Origin: Candidatus Latescibacterota bacterium
Lineage (GTDB): Bacteria > Latescibacterota > UBA2968 > GCA-2709665
Length of the DNA stretch: 64,000 bases
Reading direction: 5' to 3'
Assembly: GCA_965226795.1 (NCBI GenBank)
Contig: CBDDDZ010000005.1
Location: 576,001-640,000 of the forward strand
The stretch's first letter is position 1. The number at the start of each line of letters is the position of its first letter. A program made the translations under genes and the position numbers. Below are positions 28,994-38,571 of this stretch, piece by piece. Under the pieces are notes generated by a model. That model saw only the letters and a list, made by a program, of their open reading frames with translations. It had not been told where the DNA came from and searched no databases.

Positions 28994-30009
28994 TGCTCCC
29001 CTCCCCGCGCCGGGGGAGGGGTCGCCGTCCGGCGATTTCAATGGCGACGGCAGGCGGGATGCCGCCGATGACGATTTGTAAGCTTGGGGTGTCGATCGTA
29101 TGTCTGCATCGTTGTGGCGGGTGACGTGGCTCTTGTGATTGACCTTTCTCCCGGCCATGGGTTCAGGTTCGCCGCTTGCTGATCGCGTACATAACTGCGT
29201 TCCGTTCGATTTCGACCAGTGCCTGCTTGGGCATTCCGTGCCTGCGCGTCGGAGGAAACCAAGCGGCCTTCAATAGTTGATGATCACCGCCGATTCTGAC
29301 GGCCGAGGAATGCCTCGACCCGCGCCATCGCTACAAAAAGTGCCTTCTCTCAAGGCTCGTGCCCGCCTCTCGCTCGCCTCCCGTGACTGCGTGAATCCAT
29401 CTAGCCGCCGTGTCGTACGGACCCTGTACACGCGGTAGCCAGTGCGGGGAGGGGCTGCAAGGCACGACTCTATCCCGATCCCTTCCAATCCGTTCCACCC
29501 TCCCTGGGAATTCGACAGTCGGGTCCGAACGGATCCTTCCTTGCGGTTTCGCCACTCGTGCGATCGTATCTCCCACACCCCCGAACGTCCCCTATTCCCT
29601 TGTCCTTTTTCTTATTCGCGTAAGAAAAAGGACCAAAAAGAACCGCGCCTGCCTGCCGAGCACGGCTCGGCGCAGGCAGGCCGCTCGGCGCGGGGCCGGT
29701 TTTTCCGTGAATCGCCTCAGTGTAGTAGGCTGGCGATTGTGCCCTGCGTACTTATGACGTCACATGTCGCTACAAAAGGAACCCGCCAGAGGCAGGGAAT
29801 TTAGGGAGATGTGGATGTTGAATTTGGTTTTCCCATTTTGGTTCGCACGATTCACGCGAGGGATAAAACGCAGGAGGAGGCGAACTGACCCTGTAAAAAA
29901 CCATCCATCACTGAATTGATCTCGCCTGGCCATTTCGCTAACCGGTGTTTTTTGGTTGAGACGCAAGCCTGTACCACCGGAAATCAGCTTGTTTATCCGG
30001 TCCGTCAAA

Positions 30010-30045
30010 TGTCGCCCGTGTTCACAGGTGTGACGAAACACGACA
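30010..30045 (+). promoter_or_regulatory. Tandem TGT-N11-ACA sites, candidate enhancer-binding-protein UAS
   Basis: TGTCGCCCGTGTTCACA (30010-26) and TGTGACGAAACACGACA (30029-45), upstream of the sigma54 promoter. Confidence 0.5.
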
Positions 30046-30100
30046 TAGTGGCCGCCCGACGTAAATACATATCTAATTGTTTATAAACATCTTGTGAATT

Positions 30101-30116
30101 TGGCACGCAGATTGCA
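30101..30116 (+). promoter_or_regulatory. sigma54 (-24/-12) promoter
   Basis: TGGCAC-GCAGA-TTGCA matches TGGCAC-N5-TTGCA; preceded by an AT-rich tract. Confidence 0.8.
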
Positions 30117-30203
30117 TATATGCTCTGGTGCAACAGTGACCACACAAAGCGATAGTATGTTCTTTTGCGAAGCTTCTTAACCAGCTGGGTTTATGGAGCC
30201 TCC

Positions 30204-31568
30204 ATGAATAACCTGCTCAAATTGCGATCCGGCCTGCTTCTGTGCGTTTTCCTCACCGGTTGCGCAACGTACACCCACAATGCCGCCACCTTCAGGAGCA
30301 GCCTCGCCAATGGACACTACGAAACCGCGCTGCAAAGCCTGGGGAAAGCCCGGAACGGCCCCGCGCGCCTGCTCTATCTTATGGAGAACGGCCTTATCGC
30401 GCACTACCGGGGGGAATACCGCGCGTCCAACCGTTATTTTGAAAACGCCGAACGGCACTCGGCTCGGCTCTTCACGCGTTCGTTGTCCCGAGAGGCGGCC
30501 TCGCTGGTCACCAACGACCAGGTACGCGCCTATCGCGGCGAGGAATTCGAACTCGCATTCGTCAACTATTACAGAGCGCTCAACTACTGGTATCTCGGCG
30601 AGCCGGAAGAGGCTCTGGTGGAGTGCCGCAAGGCCAACCTGAAACTGGAGCGCTACGCCGCCCAGGCCGACTACGACGCCACGTACAGGAACGATGCCTT
30701 CATTCACTATATGACCGGTCTTATTTACGAATCCACCGGCGAACTCAACGACGCCTACGTGTCCTATCGGAACGCACTGGATGCATACGAGACGTACAAA
30801 AAGGCATTTGGCCTGAAGGCGCCCGCGGCCCTCCGGAAAGATCTCAGGCGCGTTGAAGAGGCCCTGGATTATGTCGATCACCCGGGCGAAGAGGTCGCCC
30901 CCGCACATTCGCGTTCACCGGCGGGCGGCGAACTGATCCTCTTCTCGGAAGTCGGCTTCGTGCCGCACAAAGTCCAGGAGGAAATCAGCCTGCCAATTTA
31001 CGAAGGCGACGTTAAGAAAGAAAAAAGTGGCCGGCTCGAAGGTGTCTCTCGAAAAATCGCGCACCGCCACTTCAAACCCCACTATGCGGGCAAATCAAAA
31101 GTCAAATACTGGCTGCGCGTGGCCGTGCCCGCGTACGAGGACGTCGCACCACGTACACAGACCATCCGGGTCAGCGCCGCCGGACGCGAGACCACCACTA
31201 CCCTGGCGGAAGACCTTTCGGCCATCGCATGGCAGTCATTTCAGGACAAACAACCCGTGATGCTTGCGCGTACGGTCGCGCGAGGTCTGGTCAAATACGC
31301 CGCTTCAGTCAAGGCAGAAGAGAAACACAAAGTCCTTGGCTTCTTCGTCAATTTGCTTTCCGCCGCAACCGAGGCGGCCGATACCCGAAGCTGGGTCTCG
31401 CTGCCGCACAACGTGCAGATCGGCAGGCTCACGCTACCCGCCGGTACTCACACCCTTACGCTGGAATCCCTCGACAGTCGGGGGCGCGTCATCGAAGCCG
31501 GAACCATTTCGGATATACACATCCGACCGGGAACCCGGACCTTCGTGAACTACCGAACGTATAAATAG
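30204..31568 (+). CDS. COG3014-like TPR lipoprotein
   Basis: Lipobox FLTGC; LLYLMENG, YRGEEFE, ALVECR, EAADTRSWVSLP motifs. Confidence 0.78.
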   Translation: MNNLLKLRSGLLLCVFLTGCATYTHNAATFRSSLANGHYETALQSLGKARNGPARLLYLMENGLIAHYRGEYRASNRYFENAERHSARLFTRSLSREAASLVTNDQVRAYRGEEFELAFVNYYRALNYWYLGEPEEALVECRKANLKLERYAAQADYDATYRNDAFIHYMTGLIYESTGELNDAYVSYRNALDAYETYKKAFGLKAPAALRKDLRRVEEALDYVDHPGEEVAPAHSRSPAGGELILFSEVGFVPHKVQEEISLPIYEGDVKKEKSGRLEGVSRKIAHRHFKPHYAGKSKVKYWLRVAVPAYEDVAPRTQTIRVSAAGRETTTTLAEDLSAIAWQSFQDKQPVMLARTVARGLVKYAASVKAEEKHKVLGFFVNLLSAATEAADTRSWVSLPHNVQIGRLTLPAGTHTLTLESLDSRGRVIEAGTISDIHIRPGTRTFVNYRTYK

Positions 31569-31594
31569 ACACAGCAACCGAAAGGAGGAACACC

Positions 31595-32395
31595 ATGAAG
31601 CGACAGATCTGGATCTGTTTGACCCTGGCCCTCGCGGGGTGGAGCCAGGGGGGATGGGCGGCTGACATCCCCACCCGGGGCGCCGTTATCAACATTGTGA
31701 CGTGGGACGGCAAGAACCTGCCGCCCATCTACGAACGCTCCGACCAGCTTCCCCTCACCCTGGAAGACGTCATCAATCTCAGCAGGAACGACTTTGGTGA
31801 CGAAGCAATCAGCCGGATGGTTCGCGAGCGCCGGTTCGCGGGAAACGCTTCGGCCGACGCGCTGATCGAACTCAAAAAGGCAGGCGTTTCGAAGAAGGTG
31901 ATTCAGGCGATCTCGCTCCATGCGCTGCCTCCCAACCGGGCGCTGAGCCTTGCCATTCAGCTCGAATTCGCCGGCCAGTCGCGAGAAGCCCGCAAACGGT
32001 ATCTCTACGTCATTATACCGGACGGCCCCACCGAACGCATCTTTACCGCGGACCTGGGCGCCGTGCTGGCGGGGAACTGGCGGCGGGACGAGCGGGTGGA
32101 TCTCACCGATCCCCTCCTGCCCAAGCAAGTTCGGCGCGTCACGTTTGCGGACCGGGTGCCTCTGAAGACGTACGGGTCCAAAACGATGCAGGTCTTCACG
32201 TCGACCAAACCGGATATCTTCCAGTCGTCCGATATTCCCGACGCCGACCGCGCCGGTATCCACGAATTCGCCTTCGACTATCCAGTGAGTTCGCCCTTGC
32301 AGGACTGCCGGCTCCAGGTGCGCTATCGCCAGGACGTCCTGTTGCCCTACAAGTGGCACATGGCGGGCGCCCATTTCCAATGCGAATGGAATTGA
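31595..32395 (+). CDS. Secreted hypothetical protein
   Basis: AGGAGG RBS, signal peptide, small helical module LTLEDVINLS...ALIELKKAGVSKKVIQA. Confidence 0.8.
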   Translation: MKRQIWICLTLALAGWSQGGWAADIPTRGAVINIVTWDGKNLPPIYERSDQLPLTLEDVINLSRNDFGDEAISRMVRERRFAGNASADALIELKKAGVSKKVIQAISLHALPPNRALSLAIQLEFAGQSREARKRYLYVIIPDGPTERIFTADLGAVLAGNWRRDERVDLTDPLLPKQVRRVTFADRVPLKTYGSKTMQVFTSTKPDIFQSSDIPDADRAGIHEFAFDYPVSSPLQDCRLQVRYRQDVLLPYKWHMAGAHFQCEWN

Positions 32396-32479
32396 AATCG
32401 CAACCACTCGTCGCGAGCAACACGTGAAACGGCATAGCCACACAACCGCACCATCAATCACACGAGGAGGAGAATCGCC

Positions 32480-33076
32480 ATGAAACCAGGAATCTGCATC
32501 ACCGTGGCCGTTGCTCTCGCGTTCGCCGTCAGCTGCGCGGGACCCAGAGCCTTCACGAAGGGCACGTACGAGGATCCGAAAACCATCGCGTTGCTGGATG
32601 ACCAATTCAACGAAAACGACATGCAACTCATCGCCAAGAAAATGATCGAGTCGATGGCCGGCAGCAACATTGCCGGGAGCAACGGCGCGCCGGTTGTCAT
32701 GATCGGGAAAATGCGCAACCGCACGTCCGAGCATATCGACATGACCATGCTTTCCAACAAAGTCCGCACACAACTCGTCCAGAGCGGAAGATTTCGCTTT
32801 GCCGACGTACAGAATCGCGGGGATATTGCCGAGGAGTACGAGTACCAGCAGTCCGGATACGTGGATCCGGACCAGGCCAGGGGTCCTGGCAGCCAGACGG
32901 GCGCGGAGTATCTGCTGACCGGCACCCTCACGGCCAACGTGCAGCAGGTTGGAAAGAACAAACTGGTCTACTATAAGGCTACCTTCCAGTTGACCAATCT
33001 GCTCACGTCGGAAATCGCCTGGACCGACGAGAAGGAAATCCGGAAGGCCTACAAGAAGCGCCATATCGGAATCTAG
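32480..33076 (+). CDS. LpoB-like lipoprotein (penicillin-binding protein activator family)
   Basis: Lipobox AVSC; NRTSEHID, LVQSGRFRF, IAWTDEKEIRK. Confidence 0.82.
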   Translation: MKPGICITVAVALAFAVSCAGPRAFTKGTYEDPKTIALLDDQFNENDMQLIAKKMIESMAGSNIAGSNGAPVVMIGKMRNRTSEHIDMTMLSNKVRTQLVQSGRFRFADVQNRGDIAEEYEYQQSGYVDPDQARGPGSQTGAEYLLTGTLTANVQQVGKNKLVYYKATFQLTNLLTSEIAWTDEKEIRKAYKKRHIGI

Positions 33077-33134
33077 CCCGCGGACAGGCGGCAACGCAAC
33101 CCACCGGCTTCCTTAATTTGAAAGGAAACTCGCC

Positions 33135-33689
33135 ATGAGAACCGCAAGCCTCACCCTGATCTTCACCATTTGCGCGGCAATGTTCTGCATGCGGTTGGAC
33201 GCCGCGGAGCCCGGCCGCACCGACGGACCCGAAGGCACCGAACTGGGCCGCGGCGGCTATCCGTTCGGCGGGCCCGAAGGCCGATTTTACATCAGCCCGG
33301 CGTTCGGCTCGGGGATATTCGACAGAAATGCGGACAGCAGCCGCACCGGCCTCCTATACAGCCTGAACCTGGGATACGAGCGCGACGGCTGGCTTGCAAT
33401 CGAGGGCGGTTACGCCTATCTTTCGGATAGAAAACTGTCCATTTACAGCCTGGGTTCCCGCTTCGATTACAACGCCGATCCCTTCGTCTATTATTTCTCT
33501 GCGCAGGCCGGACTCTACAAGCCTACCGAGGGCGAAAGCAACTTCGGCCTGGCCCCCGGCGCGGGCATCGACATCATTCTCAACGACCGGATCCGCGTTG
33601 GACTGAACTACAAGCGGGACTTCATCTTTACGGACGGCAACACCACGGATGTCGATCGCCTGTTCGCCGGGCTAAAGTTCTACTTCTGA
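33135..33689 (+). CDS. Small outer-membrane beta-barrel protein
   Basis: Signal peptide, alternating beta-strands, C-terminal GLKFYF. Confidence 0.8.
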   Translation: MRTASLTLIFTICAAMFCMRLDAAEPGRTDGPEGTELGRGGYPFGGPEGRFYISPAFGSGIFDRNADSSRTGLLYSLNLGYERDGWLAIEGGYAYLSDRKLSIYSLGSRFDYNADPFVYYFSAQAGLYKPTEGESNFGLAPGAGIDIILNDRIRVGLNYKRDFIFTDGNTTDVDRLFAGLKFYF

Positions 33690-33699
33690 GCCAGAGCAT

Positions 33700-33753
33700 C
33701 GGACGACCGGCGCGGCGATTTTGCGCTATTTGCCGCGCGGGTCGTCCGGTTTT
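33700..33753 (+). terminator. Intrinsic terminator of the sigma54 operon
   Basis: CGGACGACC.GCGCGGC...GCCGCGCGGGTCGTCCG followed by GTTTT. Confidence 0.6.
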
Positions 33754-33819
33754 CGCGGGAATGACCCTCGTTCGAGGCTCAAGGGTAAGGATCAACCATG
33801 CGTCGTCTACGTTTAATCC

Positions 33820-34125
33820 ATGCTGTTCGCGACCCTTCCTGTGTTATCCGGATGCGAGTTTCCCGTCCGGTCGCTGCATCCGTTCTATGCGGATGAGAAT
33901 CTGATTGAACCCGCCTTGCGGCTGAGTTTTCCGGACCAGGACTGGCTGCTGAAACTGCTCAAAGAGAATCCCGGTGCAATTCGCCATGAAGCGCTCGGAA
34001 GCTCCGATTTGATCCTGACCGCTTCAACCGACGCATTGCAGCGCTTCTGGCTCGAGTACCCGGGTAACGAAGACGCTTTTATCGAATCGATCTACCTTCA
34101 GCGAATAAAGGATTCCACGGACTGA
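33820..34125 (+). pseudogene. Short lipoprotein, probably an internally deleted remnant
   Basis: Lipobox-like LSGC, SLHPFY, then directly EPALRLSFPD..WL..LL.ENP.AIRHE...ILTAST..LQ; upstream ATG 33798 with an AAGGA RBS is out of frame. Confidence 0.45.
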
Positions 34126-34490
34126 CGTGGAGCCGACCTCATTGGTGGGCCGGTCTTCTCAAGTCGCCCGCGCTGTCAACGAAGCGCAAAACGAGAGAAG
34201 TTTCGAGGGCACGAAACGAAGCCTTCAGGCCCACAGGAAAACCAAGTGACCAGTGCAGACGGGCTGCCCGATTCCACTTCAGGCAGCCCATCTTGCATGT
34301 TGCGTTTCCGTTGCTACGTGTCGGCCGATTGGTTAACTTTGAACGGCTGTCAGGCGAGTGTATTTTTGCCTTTCGGCCATGGCGTCTCGAGAGGATGTCG
34401 AGAAAATGCGGGCCCCGTTGTCGCGCCAATCAACGACGTCCGCAGCGACGGGGAAGGCGAGGGGGCGTTCGGTTGTTAAGGCTTTGCTCC

Positions 34491-35723
34491 ATGATCATTC
34501 GAGATCCGATCCACGGCGACATCCGCTTCAACGAAGTCGAACGCCGGCTGATGGATACCCGTCAGTTCCAGCGCCTTCGGGGCATCCGGCAGACCGGCAC
34601 GGCCTATCTGGTGTACCCGGGCTGCACGCATACCCGGTTCGAACATTCGCTGGGAACGGCGTCGATGGCCAGGCGCATAATCGGGGTTCTCAGAGACTCG
34701 GGAATCAGTGTGAGCCCGGAACAGGAGACTGCGGTTGTCGTGGCCGCCCTGGTACACGACGTGGGTCACTTTCCGTTCGGCCATACCTTCGAAGACGAAC
34801 GCAAACTGTTCCCGCGGCACGATACGGCGGAGCGGATGCGACATGCACTCTCCCAGGACGAACTGGCGAACGCCCTCGACGCGTCCGGCCAGCAAGAGCA
34901 GGTGGTGGCGCTCCTCACCGAGCGGGGTTTCGATCCACCCTGGATGCGGCAGATCGTTACAAGCACGGTAGATGCCGACCTGCTCGACTACCTCCGCCGC
35001 GACGCCTATTTCGCGGGTCTGAAACACGACTACGACGACCGCATCCTGAGTACATTCACGGTTGCAGACGGCAAACTGGCGATCAACCTGGAGAAACTCA
35101 GCACCCGGACGGAACTGCTCCATCTCCTGCGGCTGCGCTATTTCCTGACCGAACGCGTTTATTTTCACCACGCGAAAGTCGCATCCGGCGCCATGATCGC
35201 GAAAGCCGTGGAACTGGCCGTTCAGCAGGGGCTGCGGCAGGAGGATATCTACCATCTCACGGATGGCGCCCTGCTGCGGTCTCTCACCGCAAGAAAGGAT
35301 GAGCGCATCGATCGTCTGGTCCGAGGTGTGGTCTACCGCAATCTGTTGAAGCGCGCGTATGTGCTGTCCACCGGTGAAATCGGAAGGCGCGCCCGGGATG
35401 AACTGATCGCCTCGTACAACAGGTCCATCGAATCAAGGCAATGCGTCGAACGCGAAATCGCCGACGCGATCGTCGTCGAACCCGACCAGGTTATCCTGTA
35501 CTGCCCGGATATTTCCTCTATCAAGGAAGCGAGGGTATTCACGAAAACCAAAAACGGCGTTCGCCGCCTCAACGAACCGCTCGAAAGTCCGCCGTTCGAC
35601 GTAAAGGCCGTAGAGGACCAGTACGAACGGCTCTGGAAACTCTACGTCTTCGTCCCCGACGGCTATCAGGAACGTGCCGGCAAGGTCTGTGAACGTCTGT
35701 TCGGAGAGAAAAACGCCGTTTAG
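34491..35723 (+). CDS. HD-domain phosphohydrolase (COG1078, dNTPase/SAMHD1-like)
   Basis: IRDPIHGDI, FQRLRGIRQ, HTRFEHSLG, LVHDVGHFPFGH, DADLLDYLRRD, VYFHH. Confidence 0.9.
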   Translation: MIIRDPIHGDIRFNEVERRLMDTRQFQRLRGIRQTGTAYLVYPGCTHTRFEHSLGTASMARRIIGVLRDSGISVSPEQETAVVVAALVHDVGHFPFGHTFEDERKLFPRHDTAERMRHALSQDELANALDASGQQEQVVALLTERGFDPPWMRQIVTSTVDADLLDYLRRDAYFAGLKHDYDDRILSTFTVADGKLAINLEKLSTRTELLHLLRLRYFLTERVYFHHAKVASGAMIAKAVELAVQQGLRQEDIYHLTDGALLRSLTARKDERIDRLVRGVVYRNLLKRAYVLSTGEIGRRARDELIASYNRSIESRQCVEREIADAIVVEPDQVILYCPDISSIKEARVFTKTKNGVRRLNEPLESPPFDVKAVEDQYERLWKLYVFVPDGYQERAGKVCERLFGEKNAV

Positions 35724-35746
35724 CGGTGGATGTCCAACGTTGCGCA

Positions 35747-36289
35747 TCATTCGAGATCCTGCCGCTGGCCGGGATGCCTCACCGCGTGGAAGAGCGGAAG
35801 TTCGTCGCCCAGCCTGTCCTCCAGGCGTTTGTGGCACGACGCGCAGACCGAGATCAGATTGTCCAGCCGGTTGGCTGCAGAGGCCGAAGCAAACAGCCGG
35901 ACCGGCGTCTTGTGATGCACGTCCAGTTGCCGCCCCAGCGTCTCTTCGGTAACCCCGCAATTTCTGCAGCGGAAACCGTCCCGTTCTCTCGCCAGCGCGG
36001 TCTGCACCTTCCAGTTTCCACCCCTATATTCCGGGCGTCCCCTCAACACCGGCCGGTTCTCGCCTTCCGGAAGTACCGACGTCCACGCGTCGAGACAGGT
36101 TTTGCCGCAGAAGTGGAGGCGCACATTCCCACGGGCAAACCAGCGCGGGACGCCAAACGGGTTCCTGCACTGCTCGCAGCGGACCGCGATCGTCTGCCCT
36201 TCGGGCGCCCGCTGAGCTTCCGGAAAACGCAGTTGCAACTGATTCGGGAAAACGGGAACGCCGCTTCCCCTATGTGCGTACCCGGGCAT
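35747..36289 (-). CDS. HNH endonuclease with N-terminal Zn-ribbon
   Basis: CEQC...FCGKTC; ERDGFRCRNCG...LDVHHK...NRLDNLISVCASCH; start uncertain. Confidence 0.78.
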   Translation of the reverse strand: MPGYAHRGSGVPVFPNQLQLRFPEAQRAPEGQTIAVRCEQCRNPFGVPRWFARGNVRLHFCGKTCLDAWTSVLPEGENRPVLRGRPEYRGGNWKVQTALARERDGFRCRNCGVTEETLGRQLDVHHKTPVRLFASASAANRLDNLISVCASCHKRLEDRLGDELPLFHAVRHPGQRQDLE

Positions 36290-36603
36290 AACCCACACCT
36301 GTGTGACCACCGTTCCGACAGCCGAGCCGCTATCCGAGAATATTCCTAACGCGTTGAATATAAGCTTGTTATGAAAATAAGTCAACGTCGGTTTCCGCTT
36401 TTGGGCGGGCTGCATGGACCGATATTGCAACACAAAGTGACCCGAGCGCTTCGCGACTGTATCCAGACCACGGGAATTTGCATGATAGCATGCAAGTCCG
36501 TATCTTGCGGATGTCCACGGCGCGGATCGTATTCGTTGCCCGATCGGGAACGACATCGGCCGGCCCGATAGTCGAAACCGGTGTTCAACCCACCTCCCAC
36601 GGT

Positions 36604-37319
36604 ATGATGGCAGCCATGGAGCAAATCACGTCGATAGACCCGGCGCGGGTCCTTGAACCGGATACGGGCTTCCCCAGGGGCAGCCGCCGTCTGATTCACA
36701 CCCGCGACATGGGCTGGCATTTCGGCCAGGGAACCTGGCTGTTCGGCGATCCGGCCGAGCCAGATCATCTGAGGAAGTGGATACGCAACCTGGCTGCGGG
36801 AGGCGCGGACACGTACGTTCCGGAAGCGTATTTCGACGGCTTGATCGCTTACCAACGCAGTCGCCGGTGCCCGAATTGGAAATCGCCCGCATTCGGGCGG
36901 TTCGACGCGATGATGGACTGCGGCGTGATGCCGCTGGATATATTCGTTGACGAAGCGCGCAACCGGGGCATTGAAGTGCTGGCGGGCTTCCGGATAAACG
37001 ATCGCCACGGGATCAACAACCGGCAGCCTGGCTAATCTTCAGAGCCGTCGGCAAGAGCACCGAGGATGAAATTGCAGTAACTCTGAACGGCCGGAAAATC
37101 CCGGTAGACACAATCAGGTCCATCTGGCATCCACAGGGTCGACCGGCCTGGGAGGGTAGGCCGCTGCCGCCCCATACCGAACTGCGCATGAACCTGACGT
37201 CGCCGCCGGGAGTTTACGGGGACAATACCCTGGGCATCGGGCTGGTACCGAAAAACAGCGCGGAAAGCCGGGAATTCACCGTGGACAAAGTCGAGGTCGT
37301 CGTCAACGTCGTCGACTGA
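36604..37319 (+). pseudogene. GH10-like (GHL10) glycoside-hydrolase-related gene with internal deletion/frameshift
   Basis: The N-terminal part ends at GFRINDRH. Immediately after about 37030 another frame reads LIFRAVG...VTLNG...GDNTLG...VDKVEVVV to TGA 37319, which looks like a C-terminal beta domain. Confidence 0.6.
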
Positions 37320-37369
37320 ACGCCGGTCGCTTCCATTTCGGGGCCGGATCTACAGACAGGAGACTACTC

Positions 37370-38557
37370 GTGCCCGTTCCGGACGTCTACACGGAAACGC
37401 GAATCTCCATGCTAACGCCCGACCTCAGGCAGAGGGTGAGGGACAACCTGGTTACGTCGCAGTTCAAGAAGGCGGGGTGTACCCGGCCGGATGGACAGGA
37501 ATGGCCGGCCTGGTTCGACCATGCGCCGATGCGGCGCGTCCGGGTGGCGACGGGCTCAAGGGCGTTTGGCACCTACAATCATCAAGCCGGTATCTGCAGA
37601 TGGCGTAACAGGTACTGGTATGTTTTTTCGAACGGCGCCGTGCATGAAGAGGCGCCGGGGCAGCGGACGCTGATCACCCGAAGCGAGGATCTCTCATCGT
37701 GGTCAAGGCCGGCCTGTGTGGCGCCCGGCGACGTCTCACGTAGACTGTGGCGCAATACCGGCGGGATTATGGGATACGAAGACCGTCTCGTCGTATTCGT
37801 ACAGACGAAAACCGGCGGAGGGGCTGCCCCGAAACCGGGAATGAGCGCCAACGAGGAGAGCAGGACCACATGCACGATAGGACTCGTTATATCCGCCGAC
37901 GGTGAGAACTGGATTGAGCGGGACGTCGCCGAAGACTGTTTCTGGTACGAAGCGCCAAGGATGACGCGGGAGGGCAGGCTGTTGTGCGCGGGATCCCGAT
38001 TGGGAAAACCGATCGTGTTTCTGTGGCCGGGGGAGAATCCCCTGGAGCCCCCGGAGATCGTGGAGATCCCCTACGACGGCTCGCGAGGGATGGATTCCGG
38101 GCGGTTTCCGTACGGAGAAGCGTCGTGGTACCAAACCGACGACGGCGCGATCTTCATGTTTCACCGGAACGAGACGGACGAAATGCGGTTGCGCGTGGCG
38201 CTCAGCGACGATGGCGGCAGAAGCTGGACCCCGCCCATGCTCTCGAATATTCCCGACTCGAAGTCCCGCGTAAGCGCGGGGCGCCTGGCGGACGGGCGTT
38301 ACTTCCTTATTAACAACGCCATTGCCGACCTCTTGAACCGGGTGCCGTTAATGATATTCCTATCGACGAACGGCGCGAAATTCGAAAGACAATACTTCCT
38401 CATTGACGAACCCACCACCATCGTCTTTTCGGGCGCCCTGAAAGCCCACGGACACCAGTATCCGTGCGCGATGGTCGAGCAGGACAGGCTGATTGTCGCC
38501 TACTCGGTCAACAAGGAGCACATGGAACTCCTCACGGTGGATCCGGGAGACCTGTGA
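37370..38557 (+). CDS. BNR/Asp-box (sialidase-like) protein
   Basis: Asp-boxes SEDLSSWS, SADGENW, SDDGGRSW; HQYP; AYSVNKE. Confidence 0.8.
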   Translation: MPVPDVYTETRISMLTPDLRQRVRDNLVTSQFKKAGCTRPDGQEWPAWFDHAPMRRVRVATGSRAFGTYNHQAGICRWRNRYWYVFSNGAVHEEAPGQRTLITRSEDLSSWSRPACVAPGDVSRRLWRNTGGIMGYEDRLVVFVQTKTGGGAAPKPGMSANEESRTTCTIGLVISADGENWIERDVAEDCFWYEAPRMTREGRLLCAGSRLGKPIVFLWPGENPLEPPEIVEIPYDGSRGMDSGRFPYGEASWYQTDDGAIFMFHRNETDEMRLRVALSDDGGRSWTPPMLSNIPDSKSRVSAGRLADGRYFLINNAIADLLNRVPLMIFLSTNGAKFERQYFLIDEPTTIVFSGALKAHGHQYPCAMVEQDRLIVAYSVNKEHMELLTVDPGDL

Positions 38558-38571
38558 GGCGACGGAGTCGC

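Noticed and set aside
28165..29100. CRISPR array
   Set aside because: Repeats are of several types, irregularly spaced and in 2-3 copies; no constant repeat-spacer period and no cas genes.
29270..30041. Short ORFs in the intergenic region
   Set aside because: No motifs or RBS; they overlap palindromic repeats and the promoter region.
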